Assembly (NCBI GenBank): GCA_001189195.1
Contig: LFCQ01000003.1
Location: 7,059-71,058 of the forward strand
Length of the DNA stretch: 64,000 nucleotides
Reading direction: 5' to 3'
DNA from: Parcubacteria bacterium C7867-007
Lineage (GTDB): Bacteria; Patescibacteriota; Minisyncoccia; Phycocordibacterales; Phycocordibacteraceae
Made by a program: the position numbers and the translations under genes. Positions 1-9,651 of this stretch are shown here, one piece after another. Positions within the stretch are counted from its first letter, which is position 1. Each line of letters begins with the position of its first letter. Below the pieces are notes generated by a model. The model was not told where the DNA came from and made no database searches. It saw only the letters and a program-made list of their open reading frames with translations.

Positions 1-601
1 GAACACTTCAGGGGCATTGGGTGGTGTTTCTCCTTCTGAATCAGCTCTGAACTTCTACACACAATTCTCTGATCCTGCGAAGACGGTGTATTCCTGGAAC
101 AATGCGCTCCCTGAAGCAAGACAAGCATTTATTTCAGGAGACCTTGCACTCTATGTGGGATTTGCCTCAGAGGCACCCTTCCTCAAGGCATCTAATCCAA
201 ATCTTGATTTTGATATGACGCATGTACCTCAGCCTGCAACGAGTCAGTCTCGTATGACGTACGGCAAGGTATATGCGCTCTCAGTTCCAAAAGCATCTGC
301 TAATCCTAATGGTGCTATAGCAGTGGCACGGGTATTGAGTAGTAAGGAGGAGGGAGGACAGGTTGCACGGGTACTCTCAATGGCACCTGCACAACGAGCA
401 CTCTTGGCACCCTCTGCTACCGACCCGTATCAAGCTATCTACTACCCCGACGCTCTCATTGCCAAGGGTTGGCTATCCCCATCACCTACGAATACGGACA
501 CTATATTTGCCGCTATGATAGGAGATATAACCAGCGGTAGATCTACGGTGCGTGAGGCGCTCAACCGAGCAGGCCAGGCACTTGATTCTGCACTGCAATA
601 A
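1..601 (+). CDS. ABC transporter extracellular solute-binding protein (sugar-binding family), 5'-truncated by the window edge
   Basis: Motifs AFISGDLALYVG, NPNLDFDMTHVP and C-terminal 'MIGDITSG...EALNRAGQAL' are typical of family-1 solute-binding proteins; the frame is open from the window edge. Confidence 0.75.
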   Translation, partial: NTSGALGGVSPSESALNFYTQFSDPAKTVYSWNNALPEARQAFISGDLALYVGFASEAPFLKASNPNLDFDMTHVPQPATSQSRMTYGKVYALSVPKASANPNGAIAVARVLSSKEEGGQVARVLSMAPAQRALLAPSATDPYQAIYYPDALIAKGWLSPSPTNTDTIFAAMIGDITSGRSTVREALNRAGQALDSALQ

Positions 602-609
602 TCTCACCC

Positions 610-867
610 ATGCTTACGAACCCGCTTCAGTTTGACTCACTTCCAGAACTCCTCACTGGGGTATTAAGTGGACTGGTTGAAATTGGAGTGATTGTTCTCA
701 TCATCGCTTTTGTCTGGGTGGGTTTCTCATTTGTCCGTGCGCAGGGAAAGCCAGCCGAACTTGAGAAAGCAAAGGCAGCTTTTCTCTGGACGGTGATTGG
801 TGGCGCCATACTTCTTGGTGCACAGGGAATCGCAACGCTCGTTGAAGCTACGGTAACCGGCCTATGA
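610..867 (+). CDS. TrbC/VirB2-like pilin (CPR type)
   Basis: 85 aa, two hydrophobic helices joined by 'GFSFVRAQGKPAELEKAKAAFLWTVIG'. Confidence 0.75.
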   Translation: MLTNPLQFDSLPELLTGVLSGLVEIGVIVLIIAFVWVGFSFVRAQGKPAELEKAKAAFLWTVIGGAILLGAQGIATLVEATVTGL

Positions 868-1334
868 CCTACACACGCAGCACAGGCATACTCCTAACCC
901 TTATAGCGGGCTTATTCCTCTTTGCTGCTACGACGACACAGGCGCAGACATGCACTCCGTCTTGTGGTACAGGAATGATCTGTGTGTATGAAGGATCTAA
1001 TGGATACACTGCAACATGTATAAAGGCTGCAGCTAGTGACGGTACGGTAGATGTGATTGAAGTGACCGCTACCGCAAAGTGTTCAGGAAAGTCTCTTTGT
1101 GCACTGGTGAACAACACTATTATTCCGATAGGTAACAGTATTGTTGGGTTGCTGTTTGCAGTGGCATTCCTCTTGTTTATCTATGGAATGTTTAAATACT
1201 TCTTCCTTAAGGGAGGAGATCCTAAAGCACGTTCAGAGGGCAGGATGTTCATGCTATGGAGTATTATTGCCTTTGCGGTGATGTTCTCCGTATGGGGACT
1301 AGTGAATCTCATCATTAATATAATTCCGACATAG
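864..1334 (+). CDS. VirB2-like pilin with signal peptide and Cys-rich N-terminal extension
   Basis: Signal peptide ending in AQA, six Cys, then pilin core 'GMFKYFFLKGGDPKARSEGRMFMLWSIIAFAVMFSVWGLVN'. Confidence 0.7.
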   Translation: MTYTRSTGILLTLIAGLFLFAATTTQAQTCTPSCGTGMICVYEGSNGYTATCIKAAASDGTVDVIEVTATAKCSGKSLCALVNNTIIPIGNSIVGLLFAVAFLLFIYGMFKYFFLKGGDPKARSEGRMFMLWSIIAFAVMFSVWGLVNLIINIIPT

Positions 1335-1336
1335 GT

Positions 1337-1783
1337 ATGGGTATACAGAACTTGATTGCGAGCAGTATTAACTTTATTAACAATGTGCTCGTGCCGTTCA
1401 TATTCGCTCTTGCCTTTGCATTCTTCTTGGTGCGGGTGTTCCAGTTCTTCTTTGTTAAAGGAACGGACCCAAAGGCACGGGTAGAGGGAAGGAACTTTAT
1501 TATTGGCTCCATCATTGCTCTCGCGGTAATGGTTTCTGTGTGGGGTCTCGTGAACCTTGTTGCCGGTACCTTCCGTCTAGATCGTAATCAGCCACGACTC
1601 CCAATATTCAATGCGGGAGGAGGTTCATCTGGTGGTTTCTTGGGTGGTTCAGGAAACGATGAAAGGATTCCTGCGGGCACATCAGATTCAGCAATTCCTG
1701 CAGGATCTGCACAAACAAGCCCATCTACTTCAGGTGGTGACAACTGTTTTATTAACAATGATGGTGAAAACATTTGTCTCTAG
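1337..1783 (+). CDS. VirB2-like pilin with Gly/Ser-rich C-terminal tail ending in a Cys pair
   Basis: Core 'FFVKGTDPKARVEGRNFIIGSIIALAVMVSVWGLVN'; low-complexity tail ending CFINNDGENICL. Confidence 0.7.
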   Translation: MGIQNLIASSINFINNVLVPFIFALAFAFFLVRVFQFFFVKGTDPKARVEGRNFIIGSIIALAVMVSVWGLVNLVAGTFRLDRNQPRLPIFNAGGGSSGGFLGGSGNDERIPAGTSDSAIPAGSAQTSPSTSGGDNCFINNDGENICL

Positions 1784-1881
1784 CACAATAGCGTTGTCCC
1801 CACTCGCGCATTCTTCATATTGACGATGCGTTTGAGGGGTTTATCCTATACCTTGTACCTAATACCTATATTTGTATCTCT

Positions 1882-2235
1882 ATGAAAACACTTGCCTACA
1901 TAGGCGCAGCATCCGCTCTTCCGTTTATTGCGTTTGCGCAGAACGTAAACAGCGTTCAGGATCTCGCGTCGTTCATCATCAGCTTGATCAATAACGTAGC
2001 GGTACCGCTCGTATTTGCGCTCGCATTCATCGTATTTATCTGGGGCGTGTTCCGCTACTTCATTCTTGGTGGTAGCGATCCTAAGAAGCGCGATGAAGGT
2101 CGCCAGCTTATGATCTGGGGCATCGTTGGTTTCGCATTGATGGTTTCTGTGTGGGGTCTCGTACGTATCCTCACCGGTTCTGTGAACCTTAACAATGCAC
2201 CGCTTGAGGTACAGCCAGTTCGTCAGGTTCGTTAA
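1882..2235 (+). CDS. VirB2-like pilin, possibly the major subunit
   Basis: Signal peptide ending in AFA, core 'GVFRYFILGGSDPKKRDEGRQLMIWGIVGFALMVSVWGLVRIL'; followed by a strong terminator. Confidence 0.75.
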   Translation: MKTLAYIGAASALPFIAFAQNVNSVQDLASFIISLINNVAVPLVFALAFIVFIWGVFRYFILGGSDPKKRDEGRQLMIWGIVGFALMVSVWGLVRILTGSVNLNNAPLEVQPVRQVR

Positions 2236-2256
2236 GCAAGGTTTCATTCTCCACTA

Positions 2257-2285
2257 AGAAAGCCGCTCCTTAGGAGCGGCTTTCT
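2257..2285. terminator. Intrinsic terminator hairpin
   Basis: AGAAAGCCGCTCCT-T-AGGAGCGGCTTTCT, perfect 14-bp inverted repeat. Confidence 0.8.
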
Positions 2286-2299
2286 GCTATCATAAACAC

Positions 2300-2551
2300 A
2301 TGGACGCATTTCATACTTTCCTGGACAATGTGCAGCGTGAGATCCTAACCCCTATTGTCGCGGTTATTGCACTCGCTGCTTTCATTCTCTTTATATACGG
2401 TATGGTGAAGTTTATATACAATGCTGGTGATGCAGCAAAACGAGCAGAGGGGCAGAAGCAGATGCTGTATGGAATCATCGGACTCGCTATTATGTTTGGT
2501 GCAAATGCACTTGTGAACCTTCTTCAAGGCACGGTATCGTCTCTATTCTAA
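2300..2551 (+). CDS. VirB2-like pilin
   Basis: 'GMVKFIYNAGDAAKRAEGQKQMLYGIIGLAIMFGA'; TGcTATCAT 6 nt upstream of ATG. Confidence 0.75.
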   Translation: MDAFHTFLDNVQREILTPIVAVIALAAFILFIYGMVKFIYNAGDAAKRAEGQKQMLYGIIGLAIMFGANALVNLLQGTVSSLF

Positions 2552-2567
2552 TTAATGTATGTGAAAA

Positions 2568-2591
2568 GGCCCGGAAGTTTCCTTCCGGGCC
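2568..2591. terminator. Terminator between convergent genes
   Basis: GGCCCGGAAG-TTTC-CTTCCGGGCC preceded by AAAA (U-tract on the minus strand). Confidence 0.7.
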
Positions 2592-2600
2592 CGTGTTCCA

Positions 2601-3275
2601 CTAGGGAACAGTGATGACGGCGATGTTCACCAGCATCGGATCTTGTTCTTCAGCACTTCCGCGCTGAAATCCGACAGCAGTACATCGCTTCTGCGTTGTC
2701 CATATCGAGCGCTCGCCGGTCTCTGCATCTTCGCAGTGCAGAATGAACGGCGTGTTCTCTGGCTTCTTCATCCCACAGTATTCGGGGAATCGAAACCAGA
2801 ATGGCTCCTCTCCCCGCACACGAATGGGTACGACCGGCTGCTCGTTGCACACGGGCGGTCCAGGGGGTGCAGGCACCTCCTGAACTTCCTCTTCAGGTTC
2901 AGCTTGCGCTTGTTCCTGAGGAGGAGTGCGGGGTGCTGAGTGCGTTGGTGTTTGATCCACAAACAACAGTTGAAACAAGAACCAACCGACAACACCGATG
3001 GCCAGGATGGCCAGGATGAGCAGTGCAGTTCGTAGCGGAGGCCCCATGCCCGTTTTGGACGCCGGAGACTTCGCAGGTTTCACCGCCATAGTTGTCGGTG
3101 TGACGACAACGACCTTTGGTTGAGACTGATTGGTGTTTCCACCCTTCAATCTCCGAGCAGGCCCTTTCTTTTTCAATCTCCGCAGGAGCGTCACACCAAA
3201 GGCAATGACGATCAAAACGAAGATAACCCACTCCCAAAAGATGATTGATTTCAGGAAGTTAAGCCACTCAGGCAT
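2601..3275 (-). CDS. Hypothetical membrane protein (2 TM, Pro/Glu linker, 4-Cys C-terminal domain)
   Basis: Start MPEWL overlaps the stop of the upstream SPFH gene (ATGCCTGA), implying translational coupling. Confidence 0.6.
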   Translation of the reverse strand: MPEWLNFLKSIIFWEWVIFVLIVIAFGVTLLRRLKKKGPARRLKGGNTNQSQPKVVVVTPTTMAVKPAKSPASKTGMGPPLRTALLILAILAIGVVGWFLFQLLFVDQTPTHSAPRTPPQEQAQAEPEEEVQEVPAPPGPPVCNEQPVVPIRVRGEEPFWFRFPEYCGMKKPENTPFILHCEDAETGERSIWTTQKRCTAVGFQRGSAEEQDPMLVNIAVITVP

Positions 3276-4626
3276 CGGTTTTCCCCTTAGGTTCTGGAGT
3301 CTTATTCTTCCCGAGCACACCCTCGAGCATGTCGTCGACGGCGCCTCGGACATCGATACCGAGAATCAACTTAGCGTTGTCACCGATGATTCTCTCAGCG
3401 GCTTCAGCACCATAGATCTCTCGACCCTCAAGTCCAAGGGTATTGGCTTCGTACTTCTTGCCGTCAGCGATTGCTGTACGGCGGGCGAGTTCTACAGCTG
3501 CCGCAGCGGCACCGGCCTTGGTCGTCACATAAGCGTCGGCGTCGGCTTTGGTGTTGCTGGCTAGTTGGGCTGCGAGGGCCTTACCGATGCCAGTGAGTTC
3601 CTTGCTCAGGTCGTGGCTCAGATCAGGGGCGAGGAGTGTGATCTCCAATATTTTTATACCCCAGTCATTGGTTAGTGTTTCAAGTTCTTCCTCAACCAAT
3701 TCACTGATTGTGATCAAGTCCTTGACCACGCGGCCAATTGGTCGCTGCAGGAATTGCTGCGTTACGGCGCGTGACCATGTGTCGTTTAGTTGTCGGTTAG
3801 CATAGGCAAGCATATCTTCTGGAGTGTCACCTTCCATTGCCATGGCAAAGGACATGACATCTTCGATCTTGTAGCGGACCGTACCAGTGACTGTGGTGGT
3901 CATCTGGATGTTGAGTGGGCCGAGCTCCAAGCCTTTTCTACCAGGCTCAGGTGTACCGCTAATTGGACGGAATGGCCGCACCATGCCCGGAGGCAGGTCA
4001 ACTTTGTCGTCTCCGTGGAAAACCTCCTCAGGTTCACCAGGGATTTGGATTTGCTGAGCTGCGCGAGGCAGCCGAACCATACCCATCCAGGGCACAAGCC
4101 GGAACGTCAGACCAACTTTCGGTTGCCGAATAGGTCTATCGAAGAAAGTGATACTTACGAGATCTTTATATCCGACCTTGTCGATCGAGAAAAGAGTTTG
4201 CAAGATTGCGCCCCCGACGACGAGGTACCACGGATGGCCGAAGAAAGACATGACGATCGCAAGCAGGGCCAGTGCAGCATAGTTGAGGATGATGACTAGT
4301 TTGTAGAGTGCCTTGTCAACTTTCACTGCAGACTTACTCTTACGAGGTTTGTCGGCAGCTCCAGTCTCGGAGGTTTCTTCAGAGTCTTCATCCTGCTCAG
4401 CATCCGTCTCACGTTGCTGGCGACGCTTCTCGAGATGTTCTCGGAACTTGCGCGCCAGAAACTGAGACAAAGTCCTCACGGACTTACCAAGCCATGCGAG
4501 GAAGCCGTCACGAAGACGGGCGATTTCCGATTGGGGCTTTGCCTGGGAAATGACCCAGACAGATACCGCAATAAAGATCCACGGCCCGACTTGAGCCAGG
4601 ACCTGAATCCAATTATTGGTTTCCAT
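3268..4626 (-). CDS. SPFH/Band-7 (stomatin/prohibitin-like) membrane protein
   Basis: TM segments, 'VTGTVRYKIED', 'LETLTNDWGIKILEITL', Ala-rich coiled coil; SD GGAG and upstream TTGACA at 4713-4708. Confidence 0.7.
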   Translation of the reverse strand: METNNWIQVLAQVGPWIFIAVSVWVISQAKPQSEIARLRDGFLAWLGKSVRTLSQFLARKFREHLEKRRQQRETDAEQDEDSEETSETGAADKPRKSKSAVKVDKALYKLVIILNYAALALLAIVMSFFGHPWYLVVGGAILQTLFSIDKVGYKDLVSITFFDRPIRQPKVGLTFRLVPWMGMVRLPRAAQQIQIPGEPEEVFHGDDKVDLPPGMVRPFRPISGTPEPGRKGLELGPLNIQMTTTVTGTVRYKIEDVMSFAMAMEGDTPEDMLAYANRQLNDTWSRAVTQQFLQRPIGRVVKDLITISELVEEELETLTNDWGIKILEITLLAPDLSHDLSKELTGIGKALAAQLASNTKADADAYVTTKAGAAAAAVELARRTAIADGKKYEANTLGLEGREIYGAEAAERIIGDNAKLILGIDVRGAVDDMLEGVLGKNKTPEPKGKTDA

Positions 4627-4717
4627 GTTTGGGCCCTCCTAGAGCCAATTTTATTAGGACACGTCAATGTCCATCCACTAAGTATTTTATACCTTCTATG
4701 GGCACTTTGTCAAGTTG

Positions 4718-4798
4718 TGCTGGAGAGAGGACTTGAACCTCCACCCCCGAAGGGACCTGCTCCTAAGGCAGGCGTGTCTACCATTTCACCACTCCAGC
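4718..4798 (-). tRNA. tRNA-Leu(TAG)
   Basis: GCTGGAG...CCTGC-CTTAGGA-GCAGG, long variable arm, GGTTCAAGTCC; no encoded CCA. Confidence 0.95.
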
Positions 4799-4824
4799 AA
4801 TGTTCTTAGTATACCTAGAACTAG

Positions 4825-4897
4825 TCCGCCTTCTTGGATTCGAACCAAGGACCATCTCCTTAAGAGGGAGTTGCTCTACCAACTGAGCTAAAGGCGG
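4825..4897 (-). tRNA. tRNA-Lys(CTT)
   Basis: CCGCCTT TAGCTCAGTTGGTAGAGC, loop CTCTTAA, CTTGG-TTCGAAT-CCAAG AAGGCGG A. Confidence 0.95.
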
Positions 4898-6067
4898 TTA
4901 ATCCGGAGTATACCGCGCCAACCCATATTCCACGACTCTCTTAAGATGCTGGGGAATATGGGTAAGGATGACGTAGGGGGTGGTTCCTGCAAGAGTTGCC
5001 ATGTGCTCCACAGAGCACTGCTCTGCAGGATTCCTGCTAATAGCAATCACCCCATCACCTTGTTTGGCTTCAGTAATATTCGTGATCTCTATCGTGGACA
5101 TGTTCATGCTCACACGCCCTGCAATAGGTGCAGGTTTGCCGCACACGAGCATGCTGCCCACGTTTGAGAGTGCACGATCTATCCCTTCAAAGTATCCAAC
5201 GGGGACCGTAGCGATGCGTACCGGCTTAGTTGCGGTGAATGTTGCGTTGTACCCAACAAAGTCTCCCACAGGAATGTCTCGTATGGATGTAATCATGCTG
5301 CGAAGCTCCAGGACAGGCTTCAGAGCTGCGTGCTCCTCATGAGAGGTATCAAAGCCGTACAAACCGATTCCAAGACGCCCTACGTTCGTTCCTGCTTCTT
5401 CTGCCCACTTCATACCCTTGGTTGCGGCAATGTGTTTGTGTGTGAGAGAGGGGAATACTGCACTGATCTGTGCAACACCTTCTTTCCATACGTTCACCTG
5501 TTTATCAGTGTTTGCAGGGTTTGGGCCATCAGCATCTGCAAAGTGTGATCCTGCCCCAACCACAATCACATGCCTATTGGACTGAAGAAGCTTTATTGCT
5601 TCGGGAACATCCTTCTGCATGATGCCGTGTCGGTGCATGCCAGTATCTAGTTTGATGTGCAAACGAGTGCTGTGGTGTGCGACCTTAACCAGTGTGCGAA
5701 GTTGCTCCAAGTCAACAATCGCAAAGTCTACATTCTTAAGATGATTGTGTGCAATATCCTCTGGACGAACGTATCCAAGTACAAGGATAGGAGAACGTAT
5801 TCCACCACGTCGTAGCGTACGAGCCTCGTACAGCGAATCAACCATAAAGAAAGCAATGTTCTCCTTATCAAGAAGCTTTGCAATTGTGCAGAGCCCATGT
5901 CCATACGCGTTGCTCTTTAGTACAGGAGCAAAGGTGAGGTGCGGGTATAACTTCTGATAGGTGTGGAGATTGTGAAGAAGGTTCTCCTGCGATATAGAGA
6001 CCTCAATCAAAGGATGTGCAGAACTAAAGAGTCGTTCAATACGCGCAATAATGCGTGAGAGTGTCAT
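4898..6067 (-). CDS. alr: Alanine racemase
   Basis: PLP-lysine motif VLKSNAYGHG, HIKLDTGMHRHG, SHFADAD, GRVSMNM. Confidence 0.97.
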   Translation of the reverse strand: MTLSRIIARIERLFSSAHPLIEVSISQENLLHNLHTYQKLYPHLTFAPVLKSNAYGHGLCTIAKLLDKENIAFFMVDSLYEARTLRRGGIRSPILVLGYVRPEDIAHNHLKNVDFAIVDLEQLRTLVKVAHHSTRLHIKLDTGMHRHGIMQKDVPEAIKLLQSNRHVIVVGAGSHFADADGPNPANTDKQVNVWKEGVAQISAVFPSLTHKHIAATKGMKWAEEAGTNVGRLGIGLYGFDTSHEEHAALKPVLELRSMITSIRDIPVGDFVGYNATFTATKPVRIATVPVGYFEGIDRALSNVGSMLVCGKPAPIAGRVSMNMSTIEITNITEAKQGDGVIAISRNPAEQCSVEHMATLAGTTPYVILTHIPQHLKRVVEYGLARYTPD

Positions 6068-6105
6068 AACGTAACTATACCAAGTGTGAACCAGATTCGT
6101 TTCAG

Positions 6106-6189
6106 TGCCGAGGGCGGGGGTCGAACCCGCAAGAGCGTTAGCTCACGACGGTTTAAGCGTCGCGTGTATACCAATTTCACCACCTCGGC
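6106..6189 (-). tRNA. tRNA-Leu(TAA)
   Basis: GCCGAGG TGGTGAAATTGGTATACAC, CGACG-CTTAAAC-CGTCG, long variable arm, GGTTCGACCC. Confidence 0.93.
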
Positions 6190-6275
6190 AGGTGTGACTG
6201 TACGTGATAAGTATATATCTCGTACAGTTATATTTCATATTAGACCCTTTCATTTAAATGATCCGCACGTTTTTG

Positions 6276-6348
6276 AGGCCTGGGCGGGAATCGCACCCGC
6301 GCAATAATGGGTTTGCAATCCACTGCGTTTCTACTTCGCCACCAGGCC
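6276..6348 (-). tRNA. tRNA-Cys(GCA)
   Basis: GGCCTGG acceptor stem, loop TTGCAAA, T-arm GCGGG-TGCGATT-CCCGC, discriminator U. Confidence 0.9.
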
Positions 6349-6358
6349 GATAGCACGC

Positions 6359-6571
6359 ATGGTAGCATATATCTATGAAGTAGGGGATCTCAAGGTTGAG
6401 ATGGGAGAAGTTAAAGAACGACTAGGTTCGATAGAGGTTACGATCGACAGGATTGCTGGAGGTGTAGATACTCTTCTTCAAGAAAATGCAGCTGGAGGAG
6501 TGATCCTTAGTCGCCACAGTCGACAGATTAGCGCACTTGCACTGCACGCTGGTGCTACGCTTCCGGATTAG
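6359..6571 (+). CDS. Small hypothetical coiled-coil protein
   Basis: 70-aa ORF with a heptad-like pattern (DLKVEMGEVKERLGSIEVTIDRI); start uncertain. Confidence 0.45.
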   Translation: MVAYIYEVGDLKVEMGEVKERLGSIEVTIDRIAGGVDTLLQENAAGGVILSRHSRQISALALHAGATLPD

Positions 6572-6926
6572 AATCCTCAGGCTCTTCTGCTTCAGGGATC
6601 ACTAGACCACGTGTAATCTCCTCTAGGTGCTGACGATTACGTTCACCGTAATCGAGCTCAAATGTTATATAGGGAAGCACTGCTAAACGTGTGGTGCCTT
6701 TCATTGAGTTACGGAAAAGATCCTTGTGGCGCTTGAGAAAGGCGAGCGCATGATCACTCTGGGCATCAGGGAACACACTTACATAAATAGTGGCATTCTT
6801 GCGGTCTGGAGAGATATCCGCACGCATAGGAGTGATGAGGGTGCTGCGTCCCGCTTCACGGGCGATGTACTTTGCAGCCAACTCAACGATGAGTGACTCT
6901 GCCTTATTTTCACGCATGCTTCCCAT
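6555..6926 (-). CDS. rbfA: Ribosome-binding factor A
   Basis: Directly downstream of infB; 'ADISPDRKNATIYVSVFP', 'LPYITFELD'. Confidence 0.88.
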   Translation of the reverse strand: MGSMRENKAESLIVELAAKYIAREAGRSTLITPMRADISPDRKNATIYVSVFPDAQSDHALAFLKRHKDLFRNSMKGTTRLAVLPYITFELDYGERNRQHLEEITRGLVIPEAEEPEDSNPEA

Positions 6927-6927
6927 A

Positions 6928-8409
6928 CTATGATTCAACAACGCGGAAGGTGATAAGGGTGTCGCCACCAGCGATGTCTACCTTGGTTTCAATTTGGAGG
7001 CCAAATTCACCCTCCACCTTAATTTCCTGCACATCCATGCGAGCAACCTGTAGGTTGGTGATACGACCCTGTCCAAGCGGAATACCACGACGCTCGATCT
7101 TAACCTGGCTCTTTGGAGTGAGAATACCTGACTCCCAGCGTGCACCAAGCACCACCTTTCCTGACGATGCATTAAATGTTTTAAGAACCTTTGCCTGACC
7201 AGTGAGTTCTTCTGTGGTGATGCGGGGTGCGTGCTCCTTCACAAGCTGCTCAATACGCTCCTTAAGCTCATAAATAATCTTGAAGGATTCAATGAGAATA
7301 GCTGCGCGTTCTGCGAGCTCACGCGCAGAGTTGTCTGTACCAACGGTAAAGCCGATAACAATAGCGCCACTTGCTTGTGCTTGCTTAACATCACCCTCGC
7401 TTACGGCACCTACACCTTCAACAATGACGCGTATTGCAACACGGTCATGCTGAATCTTGTTGAGCTCATGCTTAATTGCTTCAAGACTTCCAGTGACGTC
7501 TGCTTTAAGGATGATGGGTAGAACCCTTTTGCCGTCCTCTGTCTCAAGTGCCTTTGCAGGGATATTAGCAATGACCACCTTCTCCGTTGCAAGTTTCTCC
7601 GCATCCTTCTTAGAAGCTGCTGCAGCAAAAGGAGTACCAGCAGGAGGAAGGCTACTCCAACCTGCAATAAGTACGGGTTGTGAGGGAAGTGCAGTATCAA
7701 TGCGATCTCCTTTAAAGTCTTCGATGAAACGAACCGGTGCAATTGCACTTCCCGCCACCACAAATGAACCCGTACTAAGTGATCCGTCTTTGATAATGAG
7801 GGTAGCGGTCATTCCCTGACGAGGGTCTTGAGAAGATTCAAGAATAAAACCTTCTGCTGTTTTAGAAGAGTCTGCAGTTAGTTCCGCAAAATCAGCGGTT
7901 AGAAGAACGAGATCAAGAAGTTCAGGAACACCCTCACCTGTCTTAGAAGAAACACCCGTGTATGAAATAGAACCACCGAGACCTTCAAGATATATGCCGT
8001 GCTCTATGGTGCTCATCTTTGCACGCTCAATGTCTGCACTGTTCTTATCTATCTTGGTAAAGGCAACCACGAATGGTGTACCTGCTTCCATAATTGCTTC
8101 GTATGCTTCAAGCGTCTGTGGCTTCACTCCTTCCTCTGCTGCAATAACCAGGATTGCCACATCTGCTGCGGTTGCACCACGTGCGCGAAGTACGCGGAAT
8201 GCCTCGTGGCCCGGAGTGTCTAGGAATGTAATTGTGCGGGGGGCACCTTCGTGTTCGTGCACCACTTCATACGCAGATACGTGCTGTGTAATACCTCCTG
8301 CCTCACCTGCAGCAACATTAGACTTCCGGATGTAATCCAGAAGAGAAGATTTGCCGTGGTCGATGTGACCCATGACGGCCACTATTGGTGGACGGGGAGC
8401 AACAGCCAT
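6928..8409 (-). CDS. infB: Translation initiation factor IF-2 (short form without N-terminal extension)
   Basis: RPPIVAVMGHIDHGKSSLLD, GGITQH, FLDTPGHEAF; start moved to MAVAP behind TGgAATAAT. Confidence 0.97.
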   Translation of the reverse strand: MAVAPRPPIVAVMGHIDHGKSSLLDYIRKSNVAAGEAGGITQHVSAYEVVHEHEGAPRTITFLDTPGHEAFRVLRARGATAADVAILVIAAEEGVKPQTLEAYEAIMEAGTPFVVAFTKIDKNSADIERAKMSTIEHGIYLEGLGGSISYTGVSSKTGEGVPELLDLVLLTADFAELTADSSKTAEGFILESSQDPRQGMTATLIIKDGSLSTGSFVVAGSAIAPVRFIEDFKGDRIDTALPSQPVLIAGWSSLPPAGTPFAAAASKKDAEKLATEKVVIANIPAKALETEDGKRVLPIILKADVTGSLEAIKHELNKIQHDRVAIRVIVEGVGAVSEGDVKQAQASGAIVIGFTVGTDNSARELAERAAILIESFKIIYELKERIEQLVKEHAPRITTEELTGQAKVLKTFNASSGKVVLGARWESGILTPKSQVKIERRGIPLGQGRITNLQVARMDVQEIKVEGEFGLQIETKVDIAGGDTLITFRVVES

Positions 8410-8474
8410 AATATGCGTATTATTCCATAAAATAAGCCTTTTGCAAAGAAGTCTCTCATGAGAGACTAGGGTAT

Positions 8475-9641
8475 ATGCACCTGGGGAAGAAACGAATCTA
8501 TTTAGATTGGGCATCGGCTACACCGGTCTCTATGCGTGCACGATCTGCATTTGAGCAGGCATTGAGGTTTGACGGCAACCCGTCAGCTCCTCATACCGAA
8601 GGTCGGGCAGCCAAGAAGATTCTTGAAGATGCACGCACCACTATTGCGAGACTTGCAGAAGTGAAAACAGAAGGGGTTATTTTCACTTCTGGGGCCACTG
8701 AGGCAAACAACCTGGCGCTCTCGGGATATATACAGGCGTTACGTGCAAAGAACCCAACACAAAAGCTTCACGTTCTATACCTGCCCACAGCACACGCTTC
8801 TGTTATAGAAACAGTGAAGATGCTTTCTTGGTATGGGGTTGAGGTTGAACCGCTCACTGTTTCTGAGGGTGCGGTAGACGTACAGGTACTTTCAACACAG
8901 GTTCGTTCTGACACGGTCCTCGTTACGGTTGATGCGGTCTGTGGAGAAACAGGTATTCGATACGATACACGCGATATACGCCGTACGCTTGATGCTATTC
9001 GCTCAGGGATTGTGTTGCATGTGGATGCAAGCCAGCTCCCTCGTATTGCCCCGTTTGAATTAACGCGTCTTGGAGCAGATCTCCTCACGCTTGATGCACA
9101 GAAGGTGGGTGGGGTACGGGGTATTGGTGCATTAATTGTTCGCCACGGTGTTGAACTCTCACCTATCTTGCATGGAGGAGGTCAGGAGCAAGGAATGCGT
9201 CCTGGTACAGAAGTCCCTGCACTCGCAATGAGTTTCGCTGAAGCGCTCACAGAAACAAAGGAGCAACGAGATTCATTCCATGACAGAGCAGATGTTGCTC
9301 GTACAGAGCTCATTGCAAAGATTTCTGCAGTTATACCTGACGTGCAGATTAACGAAGGGAAACAACAGGCACCCCATATTCTTAATCTCTCTTTCCCTGG
9401 ACGTGATACAGACTATGCCGTTGCAGTATTAGATACGGCAGGCTTCGCCGTCTCAACCAAGAGCGCATGTGAGACTGACGCAGAGGGGTCTCGTGTCATT
9501 ACTCTTCTAACAGGGGACGCGGAACGAGCGGCAAGCACCCTGCGTATTTCATGGGGTTCCAGCACCACGCCCCGCGATATGGCGCGCTTTGCCACAGAAC
9601 TTATCCGCACGATTCGATTTCTTGATGCGCATCGTCTATAA
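8475..9641 (+). CDS. iscS: Cysteine desulfurase (IscS/NifS family)
   Basis: YLDWASATP, FTSGATEANN, HVDASQ, PLP Lys in DAQKVGG, RPGTE, catalytic Cys in STKSAC. Confidence 0.88.
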   Translation: MHLGKKRIYLDWASATPVSMRARSAFEQALRFDGNPSAPHTEGRAAKKILEDARTTIARLAEVKTEGVIFTSGATEANNLALSGYIQALRAKNPTQKLHVLYLPTAHASVIETVKMLSWYGVEVEPLTVSEGAVDVQVLSTQVRSDTVLVTVDAVCGETGIRYDTRDIRRTLDAIRSGIVLHVDASQLPRIAPFELTRLGADLLTLDAQKVGGVRGIGALIVRHGVELSPILHGGGQEQGMRPGTEVPALAMSFAEALTETKEQRDSFHDRADVARTELIAKISAVIPDVQINEGKQQAPHILNLSFPGRDTDYAVAVLDTAGFAVSTKSACETDAEGSRVITLLTGDAERAASTLRISWGSSTTPRDMARFATELIRTIRFLDAHRL

Positions 9642-9651
9642 TTAAGTACAT

